From Candidatus Limnocylindrales bacterium (GTDB lineage: Bacteria > Chloroflexota > Limnocylindria > Limnocylindrales > CSP1-4): DNA of 60,193 bases. Positions within the stretch are counted from its first letter, which is position 1. Each line of letters begins with the position of its first letter. Below, in pieces: positions 45,527-54,582 of the stretch. The notes below the pieces were generated by a model. That model did no database searches, was not told the origin of the DNA, and worked only from the letters and a program-made list of their open reading frames with translations. The stretch covers positions 1 through 60,193 of the forward strand of contig DASSHA010000037.1 of NCBI GenBank assembly GCA_035693145.1, given 5' to 3'. Position numbers and translations under genes: made by a program.

Positions 45527-46405
45527 ATGCGCGTCCGAAAAGCCGTCTTCCCGGCCGCCGGCTGGGGCACCCGATTCCTGCCCGCGACGAAGGCGCAGCC
45601 GAAGGAAATGCTGCCTCTCGTCGACAAGCCGGTGATCCAGTACGCGGTCGAGGAGGCCGTCGCGGCCGGGATCGAGCAGGTCATCATCGTGACCTCCTCG
45701 CAGAAGCGCGCGATCGAGGACCACTTCGACATCGACTTCGAGCTGGAGCAGCTCCTCGAGCAGCGGGGCGACGTCGAGATGCTCCGCAAGATCCGCCACA
45801 TCAGCGACCTCGCGCAGGTGGCCTACGTGCGCCAGAAGGAGCAGCTCGGCCTTGGCCACGCCGTCCTCGTGGCCAAGGAGCTCGTCGGGCACGAACCGTT
45901 CGCGGTCATCCTCTCGGACGACGTCGTCGTCGGCGAGCGGCCCTGCATCGGCCAGCTCATCCACGCCTACGAGGAGACCCACAGCTCGGTGGTCGCGGTC
46001 ATGGAGGTCTCCCCCGAGGAGACGCAGCGCTACGGGATGATCGGGACGCCGCCCGACGACGCGCCACGGGACGATCCTCGCCTCCATCGCGTGAACCGCC
46101 TCGTCGAGAAGCCCAAGCCGGCCGAATCCCCGTCGGACCTCGCGATCATCGGGCGCTACGTGCTGACGCCCAAGATCTTCGACAAGCTCGAGCAGACGCC
46201 GAAGGGTGCGGGCGGCGAGATCCAGCTGACCGACGCGATCGAGGCGCTGATGGAGGAGCAGGCTGTCTACGCCTACGAGTTCGAGGGGACTCGCTACGAC
46301 GCGGGCACGACCATGGGCTGGCTCAAGGCGTCGGTCGAGCTGGCGCTCCAGCGGCCCGAGCTCGCCAGCGAGTTTCGGGAGTACCTGAGCGCGCTTCCGC
46401 TCTGA
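45527..46405 (+). CDS. galU: UTP--glucose-1-phosphate uridylyltransferase
   Basis: KAVFPAAGWGTRFLPATKAQPKEMLPLVDKP, VRQKEQLGLGHAV and GRYVLTP. Confidence 0.93.
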   Translation: MRVRKAVFPAAGWGTRFLPATKAQPKEMLPLVDKPVIQYAVEEAVAAGIEQVIIVTSSQKRAIEDHFDIDFELEQLLEQRGDVEMLRKIRHISDLAQVAYVRQKEQLGLGHAVLVAKELVGHEPFAVILSDDVVVGERPCIGQLIHAYEETHSSVVAVMEVSPEETQRYGMIGTPPDDAPRDDPRLHRVNRLVEKPKPAESPSDLAIIGRYVLTPKIFDKLEQTPKGAGGEIQLTDAIEALMEEQAVYAYEFEGTRYDAGTTMGWLKASVELALQRPELASEFREYLSALPL

Positions 46406-46450
46406 GGCGAGCCGCCTCGACGGCGCGGACACGGAACGAGGGATCCGAAG

Positions 46451-48244
46451 GTGGCGGATATCGGCAGCACGCTGGGCGGACGCTACCGGCTCGTCGAGCT
46501 GTTGGGCCAGGGCGGCATGGCCACGATCTACCGGGCGAACGACCGGCAGCTCGGGCGTGACGTCGCGGTCAAGGTCCTGCGGCCCGAGTACGGCGATGAC
46601 CCCGATTTCCTCGCCCGCTTCCGACAGGAGGCCCAGGCGGCGGCGTCGCTGAACCACCCGAACGTCGTGTCGGTCTACGACTACGGCGACGATCCGGCGG
46701 GTCCGTACATCGTCATGGAGCTCGTCGACGGCGAGGATCTCGCCACTCTCCTGCGTCGGAACGGACCGCTCGCGCCCCGGCAGGCCGCTCGGCTCGCTGC
46801 GCAGGTGGCACGCGCGCTGGCGGCCGCCCATGCCCACGGGATCGTCCATCGCGACGTGAAGACCGGCAATGTCCTCCTCACGCGCGACGGTCGGGCGAAG
46901 GTCGTCGACTTCGGGATCGCCCGCGCCATCGCCGAGGCGCAACTCACGCTTCCCGGGACCACACTCGGCTCGGTCCACTACTTCAGCCCGGAGCAGGCGA
47001 GGGGCGAGCCGGCAACGGCCGCCTCGGACGTGTACTCGCTCGGGATCGTCCTCTACGAGCTGCTCACCGGCCGGCGGCCGTGGGAGGGCGACAGCGCCGC
47101 GGCCGTCGCCATGGCTCGACTGTCCGGTCCGGTGCCCGGACCGGCCGACGTGCGATCGGGCGTTCCGGGAGCCCTCGACGCGATCGTCCGCCGGGCGCTC
47201 GCGCGGGACCCGGCCGAACGCTTCGCATCCGCCGCGGCGATGGCCGATGCACTCGACGCATTCCTTGCCGGCGACGAGGGCGCGGCGCGGCTGGCTGCCG
47301 GAGCGGTGGCCGGGGCCGCGCTCGGGGCGGGGAGCGCAGGTGCCGTCGACACGACCGCGGATGGCGTCTCCGGCGCCGCCGGTGCCGCAACCGTGGCGTC
47401 CGGCGTTGCACGATCCGCCCCGGTGGGTCCGCCGCCGTACGCGCCGGATCCGTACGCCGACAACCGCTCCGCAGTGGGCCCGGCCCGACGCGCGACGCCG
47501 CCGGCCATCACGACGGACGACCGCGTGGTCGACGAGGAGCCAGGCGGTGGGCCGTGGCCGTGGATCGCCGGCCTGCTGGGCCTGCTCATCCTTGCCGCGG
47601 TGGCGTTCCTGGCATTCCAGCTCCTGTCGGGTCCCCGGACGCCGGCCACCCAGACCGTCGTCCTTCCGAGCTTCGTCGGACGGACGCTCGTCGACGCCCA
47701 GACGACGGCCAGCCAGCTCGGCGTTCAGCTCCAGGCCGCGTCGTTCGTGCCGGCGGAAAGCGGGCAGGCCGACGGGACGATCACGGCCCAGGACCCGCCG
47801 GCGAACGCGACCGTCGACAAGGGCTCGACCGTCCGGGTGACGGTCGTCGCCGGCCAGCAGCTCGTGACCGTGCCCGACGTCCGGAACCAGCCCGAGGCGG
47901 CCGCGGTCAACGCGATCAACGCCGCCGAGCTGACGATCGGTGATCGGACGGACGCGTTCGATCCGACGGTCCCCGCGGGATCGGTCGTCAGCACGAACCC
48001 GGGCCCGAATGTCGCGGTGGGTCAGGGGACGCCGATCTCATACGTGGTCTCGAAGGGCCCCGAACCGTCGCCGACCCCGACCCCGACGCCGACGCCGGAA
48101 CCTACCCCGACGCCGACGCCGGAACCTACCCCGACGCCTACCCCCGAACCGACGCCGACGCCTACCCCCGAACCGACGCCGACCCCGACCCAGGCGCCGA
48201 CGCCCACGCCCGAAGCGACGGCGACGCCGTCGCCGACGACCTGA
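46451..48244 (+). CDS. pknB: PASTA-domain Ser/Thr protein kinase
   Basis: [33 protein letters not shown] and SPEQA. One TM segment, two PASTA-like units (PSFVGRT..., VPDVRNQ...) and a Pro/Thr-rich tail. GTG start. Confidence 0.88.
   Translation: MADIGSTLGGRYRLVELLGQGGMATIYRANDRQLGRDVAVKVLRPEYGDDPDFLARFRQEAQAAASLNHPNVVSVYDYGDDPAGPYIVMELVDGEDLATLLRRNGPLAPRQAARLAAQVARALAAAHAHGIVHRDVKTGNVLLTRDGRAKVVDFGIARAIAEAQLTLPGTTLGSVHYFSPEQARGEPATAASDVYSLGIVLYELLTGRRPWEGDSAAAVAMARLSGPVPGPADVRSGVPGALDAIVRRALARDPAERFASAAAMADALDAFLAGDEGAARLAAGAVAGAALGAGSAGAVDTTADGVSGAAGAATVASGVARSAPVGPPPYAPDPYADNRSAVGPARRATPPAITTDDRVVDEEPGGGPWPWIAGLLGLLILAAVAFLAFQLLSGPRTPATQTVVLPSFVGRTLVDAQTTASQLGVQLQAASFVPAESGQADGTITAQDPPANATVDKGSTVRVTVVAGQQLVTVPDVRNQPEAAAVNAINAAELTIGDRTDAFDPTVPAGSVVSTNPGPNVAVGQGTPISYVVSKGPEPSPTPTPTPTPEPTPTPTPEPTPTPTPEPTPTPTPEPTPTPTQAPTPTPEATATPSPTT
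48083..48178 (+). repeat. 24-bp in-frame tandem repeats (2 identical A units plus 2 identical B units) encoding a PTPTPEPT tail
   Basis: A units lie at 48083 and 48107, B units at 48131 and 48155. Read base by base. Confidence 0.9.
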
Positions 48245-48248
48245 TTCG

Positions 48249-48650
48249 CTAGCGGCGGGCCCTCCCGGGGTCCGTGGAAGCGTCGGATTCGACCGGAAGC
48301 CAACCGTGGGGCGTGGCCGCCGCGGCGCCGTCCGAGGGCGGCTCGGGCCGGTCGGGCACCGCTCGAGGCGCCGGTTCGCCCGCGATCGGTGGCGCTCCGA
48401 GCGTGATCAGCTCGGCGACGGGCGCCTGCCAGCAGCCGAGCAGCTCGTCGCCGCGGAGCGGGGCGTGCGTTCGGTCCATGGCGCAGTACCCGAGGCCACT
48501 CACGAGCGACGGTCGGAAGTTGGTGCATGTCGCGCAGCAGGTGCTCGAGCGGTGACAGACCCAGCAGCGACCGGACTCCGGCTGCCGTGCGCCGCAGTGC
48601 GGGCACACCCATGTGCTGCGGCTGTCCGTCGCGGCGCGGTTCCCCGACAT
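48249..48650 (-). CDS. Cys-rich hypothetical protein (zinc-ribbon-like N-terminus)
   Basis: WVCPHCGARQPESGRCWVCHRSSTCCATCTNF. GC-rich third positions. The start lies 2 nt after the stop of the upstream Ig-like gene. No family recognised. Confidence 0.5.
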   Translation of the reverse strand: MSGNRAATDSRSTWVCPHCGARQPESGRCWVCHRSSTCCATCTNFRPSLVSGLGYCAMDRTHAPLRGDELLGCWQAPVAELITLGAPPIAGEPAPRAVPDRPEPPSDGAAAATPHGWLPVESDASTDPGRARR

Positions 48651-48652
48651 GC

Positions 48653-49858
48653 CTACTTCGTGATCGTGACGATGGTTCGGTCGGTCGTGTCGCCGAACTC
48701 GTCACTGTGGACGAGGACCGCGAGCGGTCCCGTTCCGGGCGTCGCCCCTTTCGGAATCGTGGTCGAGAAGCGCGCGTCGCCGTTCCCGTCGGTCGTCGCC
48801 GGGGCGGTGATGGTCGGAACGCCCGGGATGCTGATCGTGAACGTGACGGCGGCGTTCGCGAGCGGGCGACCGTCGGGATCGAGGACGCGGACGCGGACGG
48901 TGAGGGGATCCGGAAGCTTCTTCGCCGAGAATCGGTACAGGCTGGCGCTGAGGGCGGCCGTCAGCTTGCCGCTGCCCCGCCGGACGTTCAGCTTGACCGA
49001 CTTCGTGTTCGCGGCCGGGTCCGTCGCCGTGACGGTCAACGCGTTCGTGCCGGGATCGAGCGCGATCGCGACCGAGAACGCCCCGTCGGAGCCTGCGGTC
49101 GCGGCGGCCGAGGCGTTCGCCGTCGCGTTGTGGACGAGGATCGCACTCCGGGCCTGCGTTCGACCGGCGACCGTCACGGTCGCCCGGTTGATCGTCGCAC
49201 CGCTCTTCGGCGCGCTGACGGTGAGCGCCGGGGCCTCTGTGTCCAGGACGTACGCGATCGACGGCGAGGCCTCGCTCTCGGTCGTGCCGCGGACGAGCGT
49301 GGCGGTGAACGTGTTGCTGCCGGGCTCGAGCGTGACGGCGGGGAACGTGAACGAGACCGAGCCGCCGACGGGCTGCTCACCGACGGTCGCGGGATCATGG
49401 TCCGCCACCGTGACGTAGAGCCGGATCCGCACGTCGCTTCGGCCGACGTCCGCGCCCGGGATCGTGCCCGTCACGTCGATCGTGGCGAGGCTCGTGTATG
49501 GCTCCGTCGGCACCGTGAGGGACGGCGCGTCCGGCGCCGCGACCGCGGCCGGCGTTGGCGACGCCGCCGTCGTGATCCGGGCGACAGCAGCGGACAGCGT
49601 GCCGCCGACGATTCCGGCTGCGCGCCCGAGCAGGCCGGTCGCCCCAGCGAGGACGATGATTCCCAACGACACGACGGCCACCGCGAGCACGAACCGGGCG
49701 AGCGATGGCAGTCCCGACCGGCGCGTGCTCACCGGCCGCGCCGAGATCCTGCCGGTCCTGCGGCGAGGACGAACCGGCGTCGCCGGCCGTCCGTTCGATG
49801 CCGGGCGGGGGCGGACTTGCGCGGGCCGAGCCCCGCGTCGGATCGTCACGGCCTCCAT
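48653..49858 (-). CDS. membrane-anchored protein with bacterial Ig-like repeats
   Basis: Arg-rich N-terminus, one TM segment (FVLAVAVVSLGIIVLAGA), then repeated T/V/A-rich beta-strand modules (TVTVAGRT..., LTVTATDPAANT..., VTFTISIPG...). Confidence 0.6.
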   Translation of the reverse strand: MEAVTIRRGARPAQVRPRPASNGRPATPVRPRRRTGRISARPVSTRRSGLPSLARFVLAVAVVSLGIIVLAGATGLLGRAAGIVGGTLSAAVARITTAASPTPAAVAAPDAPSLTVPTEPYTSLATIDVTGTIPGADVGRSDVRIRLYVTVADHDPATVGEQPVGGSVSFTFPAVTLEPGSNTFTATLVRGTTESEASPSIAYVLDTEAPALTVSAPKSGATINRATVTVAGRTQARSAILVHNATANASAAATAGSDGAFSVAIALDPGTNALTVTATDPAANTKSVKLNVRRGSGKLTAALSASLYRFSAKKLPDPLTVRVRVLDPDGRPLANAAVTFTISIPGVPTITAPATTDGNGDARFSTTIPKGATPGTGPLAVLVHSDEFGDTTDRTIVTITK

Positions 49859-50019
49859 TGTGGCACCCGCGACACCCCTCCGAAGGCCCCGTCCGTGGGG
49901 GCCGCCCCCAGCTCGCGAGCGACGGCGAGAACGCGGCGGGGCGGTTGTCGTGCGGTGTACTCTGGCCCGGTTCGAGCGCGCCGCCCGTCGTGTCCACGTG
50001 CGCGCAATTCAGGAGAGTC

Positions 50020-50406
50020 GTGCACGCACGCGACCCGCGATCCCGTCCCACGCCGCCTCAGCCGGCGCTCGGCGGACCGCCGATTCCGCGAGCGACCAGG
50101 TCTGCGCCTGCCCGAACCATCGATCCGACCCACTACCGCGCCCTGCCGACTGGGGGCCGAACCGGCTTCGGGCTGCCGAACCTCCGACGGAACGTCTGCC
50201 CGCACTTCTACATGACGGGCTCACGCGGCGCGATCCCGATCCAGGCGCCGCACCTGCTCAAGGCGCTCATCCGCCAGGATCAGAACGTATCCCGCTGCCA
50301 GCTCCGCGGCGGGGTGCACCTCGAGCAGGGCTATGTCAACGACGTGTGCCTCACGCCACGCTTCAACCAGTGCGTCTTCTACGAGGACGAGCTGACCCGC
50401 GAGTGA
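50020..50406 (+). CDS. hypothetical Cys-containing protein translationally coupled to folC
   Basis: AGGAGAG precedes GTG 50020 (in frame with track ORF 49705..50406), and the stop overlaps the folC GTG (GTGA). The conserved-looking C-terminal half is NVCPHFYMTGSRGAIPIQAPHLLKALIRQDQNVSRCQLRGGVHLEQGYVNDVCLTPRFNQCVFYEDE. Confidence 0.5.
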   Translation: MHARDPRSRPTPPQPALGGPPIPRATRSAPARTIDPTHYRALPTGGRTGFGLPNLRRNVCPHFYMTGSRGAIPIQAPHLLKALIRQDQNVSRCQLRGGVHLEQGYVNDVCLTPRFNQCVFYEDELTRE

Positions 50407-51797
50407 TCGACGCCGCCCAACGGACGACCGACGAGTACGCCGCCGCCGTCGCAGCGCTCACCGACCGGGGCCGGTTCGGGATCCGACTCGGTCTCGGCCG
50501 GACGCGAGCGCTTCTCCGGGCGCTGGGTGACCCGCAGCTCGGGCTGCGCGGAGCACTCGTCGCCGGCACGAACGGCAAGGGCAGCGTCCTGGCCCTGTGC
50601 GGCTCGGTCCTCCGATCGGCCGGTTACCACGTCGGCGAGACGCCGAAGCCACATCTCGTCTCCTATCGCGAGCGCATCCAGGTCGACGGGCGTCCGATCG
50701 CACACGACGCCTTCGTCCGCCTGGTCGACGAGATCCTGCCGATCGCGGACCGGATCGCCCGGCGTCTCGGCCCGCCGACCGAGTTCGAACTCCTGACCGC
50801 GATGATGTTTCGCCACTTCGCCGCCGTCGGGGTCGACGTCGCGCTCGTCGAGGTCGGGCTCGGCGGCCGACTCGACGCGACGCACGCCTGGGACGGCGGC
50901 GTCGCCGCGGTCACGAACGTCGGCCTCGACCACACCGATCGCCTCGGGTCGACGGTCGAGGCGATCGCGCGCGAGAAGGCAGCGATCATCGAGCGCGGCG
51001 ATCTCGCGGTGACGGGGGCGACGGAGCCGGCCCTGGCCGTGATCCGACGGCGCGCCCGTCGGTTGGCGGTCCCTCTCACGGTCGTGCCGCCGGCCCCGCT
51101 GGTGGCGCTCTCGCGGGACGCGATCGTCGTCGAGCTGGCGCGCCTCGGCGAGACGAAGGTCGCGCTCCGCGGCCGGCACCAGGCCGCCAACGCGGCTGTC
51201 GCGGACGCGGTCCTCGATGCGCTCGAGCAGGCCGGGATCGTGTCGCTCGGGCCGGCCGATCGCAGGCGCGGCTACGCCGAGGCGCGCTGGCCCGGCCGGC
51301 TGGAGCTCCTGGGTCCGGACGAGGCGACGCACGGTCGCGAGGTCCTGCTCGACGGGGCCCACAATCCCGACGGTGCGGTCGCGCTCGCGGTCGCGCTGGA
51401 CGACCTCCGCCCGTTCCTCGCCGCGGGGCCGATCACGCTCGTCGTCGCAGCGATGGTGGACAAGGACGTCGACGGCATCGTCGCGGCACTCGCGAGCTCC
51501 GCTGCGCTCCGCGGGGCATCAGTGGTCGCGACCTCGTTGCCGGTCCCGCGCGCCCTTTCCGCGGCGCAGCTCGCCGCTCGCTGGAGGACGCTCGCCCCGG
51601 CCGCCGCGAGCGTCGTCGCCGTCGACGATCCGGACGTGGCGCTCGCCCGTTCGCTCGACTCACCGCCAGGTGAGCGCGGGGAACCCGGTCCGGTGGTCGT
51701 CGCCGGCTCGCTCTATCTCGTGGGTCATGTCCGTGGCCGGCTCGTCGGCGACGATTCGACGGACGTATCGGGCGACGGGACCGCGGTCGCTCGATGA
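50403..51797 (+). CDS. folC: bifunctional folylpolyglutamate synthase / dihydrofolate synthase
   Basis: VAGTNGKGSV, VEVGLGGRLDAT, NVGLDHTDRLG and LLDGAHNPDG. Confidence 0.92.
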   Translation: MIDAAQRTTDEYAAAVAALTDRGRFGIRLGLGRTRALLRALGDPQLGLRGALVAGTNGKGSVLALCGSVLRSAGYHVGETPKPHLVSYRERIQVDGRPIAHDAFVRLVDEILPIADRIARRLGPPTEFELLTAMMFRHFAAVGVDVALVEVGLGGRLDATHAWDGGVAAVTNVGLDHTDRLGSTVEAIAREKAAIIERGDLAVTGATEPALAVIRRRARRLAVPLTVVPPAPLVALSRDAIVVELARLGETKVALRGRHQAANAAVADAVLDALEQAGIVSLGPADRRRGYAEARWPGRLELLGPDEATHGREVLLDGAHNPDGAVALAVALDDLRPFLAAGPITLVVAAMVDKDVDGIVAALASSAALRGASVVATSLPVPRALSAAQLAARWRTLAPAAASVVAVDDPDVALARSLDSPPGERGEPGPVVVAGSLYLVGHVRGRLVGDDSTDVSGDGTAVAR

Positions 51798-52711
51798 GCC
51801 ACGGCGTGACCGGTGCCGCGGACGAGACGCGGATCGGATCGACGACCTTCAGGTGGGGCGAGCGGACGTACGTCATGGGCATCGTCAACGTGACGCCCGA
51901 CTCGTTCTCCGGAGACGGGCTGCTCGCGGGCGGCGAGCGGACGAGTGCCGCCGCTCCGGCGGCCGGCAGGATCGTCGCGAGAGCCGTGGATCAGGCGCGC
52001 GAGATGGTCGAGCAGGGGGCGGACGTGCTCGACGTCGGGGGCGAATCGAGCCGTCCGGGACACGCCGACGTCGACGCCGCGGAAGAGCGTCGACGTGTAG
52101 TGCCGGTCATCGCCGGCATCCGGAACGCCCTCCCCGATGCGCCAATCAGCATCGACACGACGAAGGCCGAGGTCGCGGAGGCCGCGCTCGACGCGGGCGC
52201 GGACGCCGTCAACGACGTCTGGGGCGTCGCCGCCGAGCCGGCACTCCTCGCGCTCGTCGCCGAGCGCGGCGTCCCGATCGTGCTCATGCACAACCGGGCG
52301 ACGGCCCGCTACGCCGACGTCGCCGCGGAGGTCGTCGCCGACCTGGAGCGGGCGATCGAGCAGGCGCTCGAGGCCGGGGTCGCTTGGTCCCAGCTGATCG
52401 TCGACCCGGGGATCGGGTTCGGGAAGACAGCGGACCAGAACCTCGCGCTCCTCGCGGACCTCGCAACGCTGCGCGCGCTCCGTCGGCCGATCCTGCTCGG
52501 CACGTCGCGCAAGTCGACGATCGGACATGTCCTCGACCTGCCCCCGCAGGAGCGGGTCGAAGGCACGATCGCGACGACCGTGCTCGGGATCGCGGCGGGG
52601 GTGGACGTGGTCCGCGTCCATGACGTCCGAGCGAACGTGCGGGCCGCCCGAATGGCCGACGCGATCGTTCGACGACCGCACTCGAGCACGACCCAGGAGG
52701 CATCCCGTTGA
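51794..52711 (+). CDS. folP: dihydropteroate synthase
   Basis: VMGIVNVTPDSFSGDG, LDVGGESSRPG, INDVWG and DPGIGFGKT. ATGA overlap with folC. Confidence 0.95.
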   Translation: MSHGVTGAADETRIGSTTFRWGERTYVMGIVNVTPDSFSGDGLLAGGERTSAAAPAAGRIVARAVDQAREMVEQGADVLDVGGESSRPGHADVDAAEERRRVVPVIAGIRNALPDAPISIDTTKAEVAEAALDAGADAVNDVWGVAAEPALLALVAERGVPIVLMHNRATARYADVAAEVVADLERAIEQALEAGVAWSQLIVDPGIGFGKTADQNLALLADLATLRALRRPILLGTSRKSTIGHVLDLPPQERVEGTIATTVLGIAAGVDVVRVHDVRANVRAARMADAIVRRPHSSTTQEASR

Positions 52712-53073
52712 GCGACCGAATCGTCCTGCGCAACATGCAGTTCCGGGGCCGCCACGGTGTCTACCCGATCGAGCAGTTCGCCGACCAGCCGTTCGAGGTG
52801 GACGTCGAGCTGCTGCTCAACCTGCAACCCGCCGGCGTCGACGACGAGCTCGAGCGAACGGTCGACTACGGGCAGGTCTACGGCATCTGTCGGCAGATCG
52901 TCGAATCGACCTCGTATCGACTGCTCGAGGCGCTCGCCGAGGCGATCGCCCACGAGATCCTCGCCGCCCATCACGTCGATGAGGTGGCGATCCGGGTCCG
53001 CAAGCCGGAGGTCGACCTCGGCGGCCCGCTCGACTGGGCCGGAGTCGAGATCCGGCGACGGCGCGCCGACTAG
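52708..53073 (+). CDS. folB: dihydroneopterin aldolase
   Basis: DRIVLRNMQFRGRHGVYPIEQ..QPFEVDVEL...TVDYGQV. TTG start 52708 follows AGGAGG and overlaps the folP stop. Confidence 0.9.
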   Translation: MSDRIVLRNMQFRGRHGVYPIEQFADQPFEVDVELLLNLQPAGVDDELERTVDYGQVYGICRQIVESTSYRLLEALAEAIAHEILAAHHVDEVAIRVRKPEVDLGGPLDWAGVEIRRRRAD

Positions 53074-53075
53074 CT

Positions 53076-54494
53076 CTAGAGGTCTGCGGGCCGGGTCTCG
53101 AGGGTGACCTTGATCGACTGGTGGCTGCCGTCGCGCAGCACGTCGAGCGTCACCGTGTCACCGGTGGCGTACTGGCTGAGGACGGCGTCGAGCGGGTGCT
53201 CGGTGTCAATCGCGGTGTCGTTGACCTTCGTGATGACGTCGTTGGCCCGGAGGCCGGCCTTGTCCGCGGGCGAGCCCGGGAAGATGGCGGCCTGACCCTG
53301 GTCGCCCTCGACGAAGGCTCCCTGGCTGACCGACAGCGAGTGCTCCTTCGCGAGCTGTGGGTCGAGCGATACGAAGCGGACGCCGAGGTACGGGCGGACG
53401 AGCTTCTCACCACGGATGGCCTGGAGCGTGATCGGTCGCGCGATGTCGATCGGGATCGCGAACCCAATCCCATTCGCGCTCTGGGCGACCGCCGTGTTCA
53501 CCCCGATGACGTTGCCGCCGGCGTCGATGAGCGGCCCGCCGCTGTTGCCGGGATTGATCGCGGCGTCGGTCTGGATGAGGTTGGAGATGACGCCGCCCTC
53601 GACCTGGATCTGGCGGCCCTGCGCGGAGACGATGCCCGAGGTCACGGAGTTGGTGAACGTGCCCAGCGGGCTGCCGATCGCGACGACCAGCTGGCCGACC
53701 TTCAACTCGTCCGAGTCGCCGAGGGTCGCCGCCGGTAGGCCGGTCGCCTCGATCTTGACGATGGCGAGGTCGGTCAGCGAGTCGGTGCCATACGTCTTGC
53801 CATCGAACTCGCGGCCGTCCTTGAGCTTGACGACAAGCTTGTCGCTGCCGGACACGACATGGCGGTTGGTGAGGATCCAGCCGTTCGCGTCGTAGATGAT
53901 CCCGGACCCGACCCCGGTATCGGGGATCGATCCGCCGAACCCGTTGCTCGACGCGCTCGACGACGTGATCTGGACGACGGCCGGCCCGACCTTCTCGGCG
54001 ACCGCGGTGATGGCGGAGCTCTCGTCGAGGGTCACCGATTGGGGTCGGCTGACGGTCGAGCTGCCGGCCGGGACGAGCGCGCCGGCCGTCGCCGTCGGCC
54101 GACCGAGGGTTCCGGTCGCGCTGAGCGCGACGAGCGTCCCTCCCGAGGCCAGGACCGCCGACAGCAGACTGACCGCCACGACCGTTCCCAGGCCGCCTCG
54201 CGCCGGTCCGTGCGCGACCGAGGGTTCGCTCGGCGTGACGACGCGTGCCTCGCTCGGCTCGAACCAGCGCTCAGGGGTGGTGGTCGCCGGCGGCGGCGCC
54301 CAGGCCGGACGGCTCCACGCGCTCGGTCGATCGGGTGGCGGTGAGTAGCTCGGGGACGAGCCGCTCGACCAGGCCGGCGACGGCCCGGGTTGAGGGCGAC
54401 CGCTCGAGCTGGGCGGGTCGTAGCGGCTCGTGTCGGCGGTCGGGTCTGCCGGCTCCGCCGTTTCGGGACGGGCCGGTTCGTTCGGTTCGGTCAT
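53076..54494 (-). CDS. HtrA/DegP-family serine protease with a PDZ domain
   Basis: ATG 54494 (MTEPNEP). Pro/Ser-rich N-terminus and one TM segment. TNRHVV (His), DLAIVK (Asp) and GNSGGPL (Ser), then a PDZ domain (GSPADKAGLRANDVI). Confidence 0.9.
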   Translation of the reverse strand: MTEPNEPARPETAEPADPTADTSRYDPPSSSGRPQPGPSPAWSSGSSPSYSPPPDRPSAWSRPAWAPPPATTTPERWFEPSEARVVTPSEPSVAHGPARGGLGTVVAVSLLSAVLASGGTLVALSATGTLGRPTATAGALVPAGSSTVSRPQSVTLDESSAITAVAEKVGPAVVQITSSSASSNGFGGSIPDTGVGSGIIYDANGWILTNRHVVSGSDKLVVKLKDGREFDGKTYGTDSLTDLAIVKIEATGLPAATLGDSDELKVGQLVVAIGSPLGTFTNSVTSGIVSAQGRQIQVEGGVISNLIQTDAAINPGNSGGPLIDAGGNVIGVNTAVAQSANGIGFAIPIDIARPITLQAIRGEKLVRPYLGVRFVSLDPQLAKEHSLSVSQGAFVEGDQGQAAIFPGSPADKAGLRANDVITKVNDTAIDTEHPLDAVLSQYATGDTVTLDVLRDGSHQSIKVTLETRPADL

Positions 54495-54582
54495 CGGGTT
54501 TCCAGCGCGCAGCGGACTCGGGGCCGCGATTCGGCCGGCGCGGTCCGCGTTCTCCGGGCCACCATGCCGGCACGGGGTTGCG

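Noticed and set aside
44272-46978. Minus-strand ORFs 44272..45801 (509 aa) and 45350..46978 (542 aa)
   Set aside because: They are antisense to the polytopic membrane protein, galU and the kinase gene, and have low-complexity charged composition.
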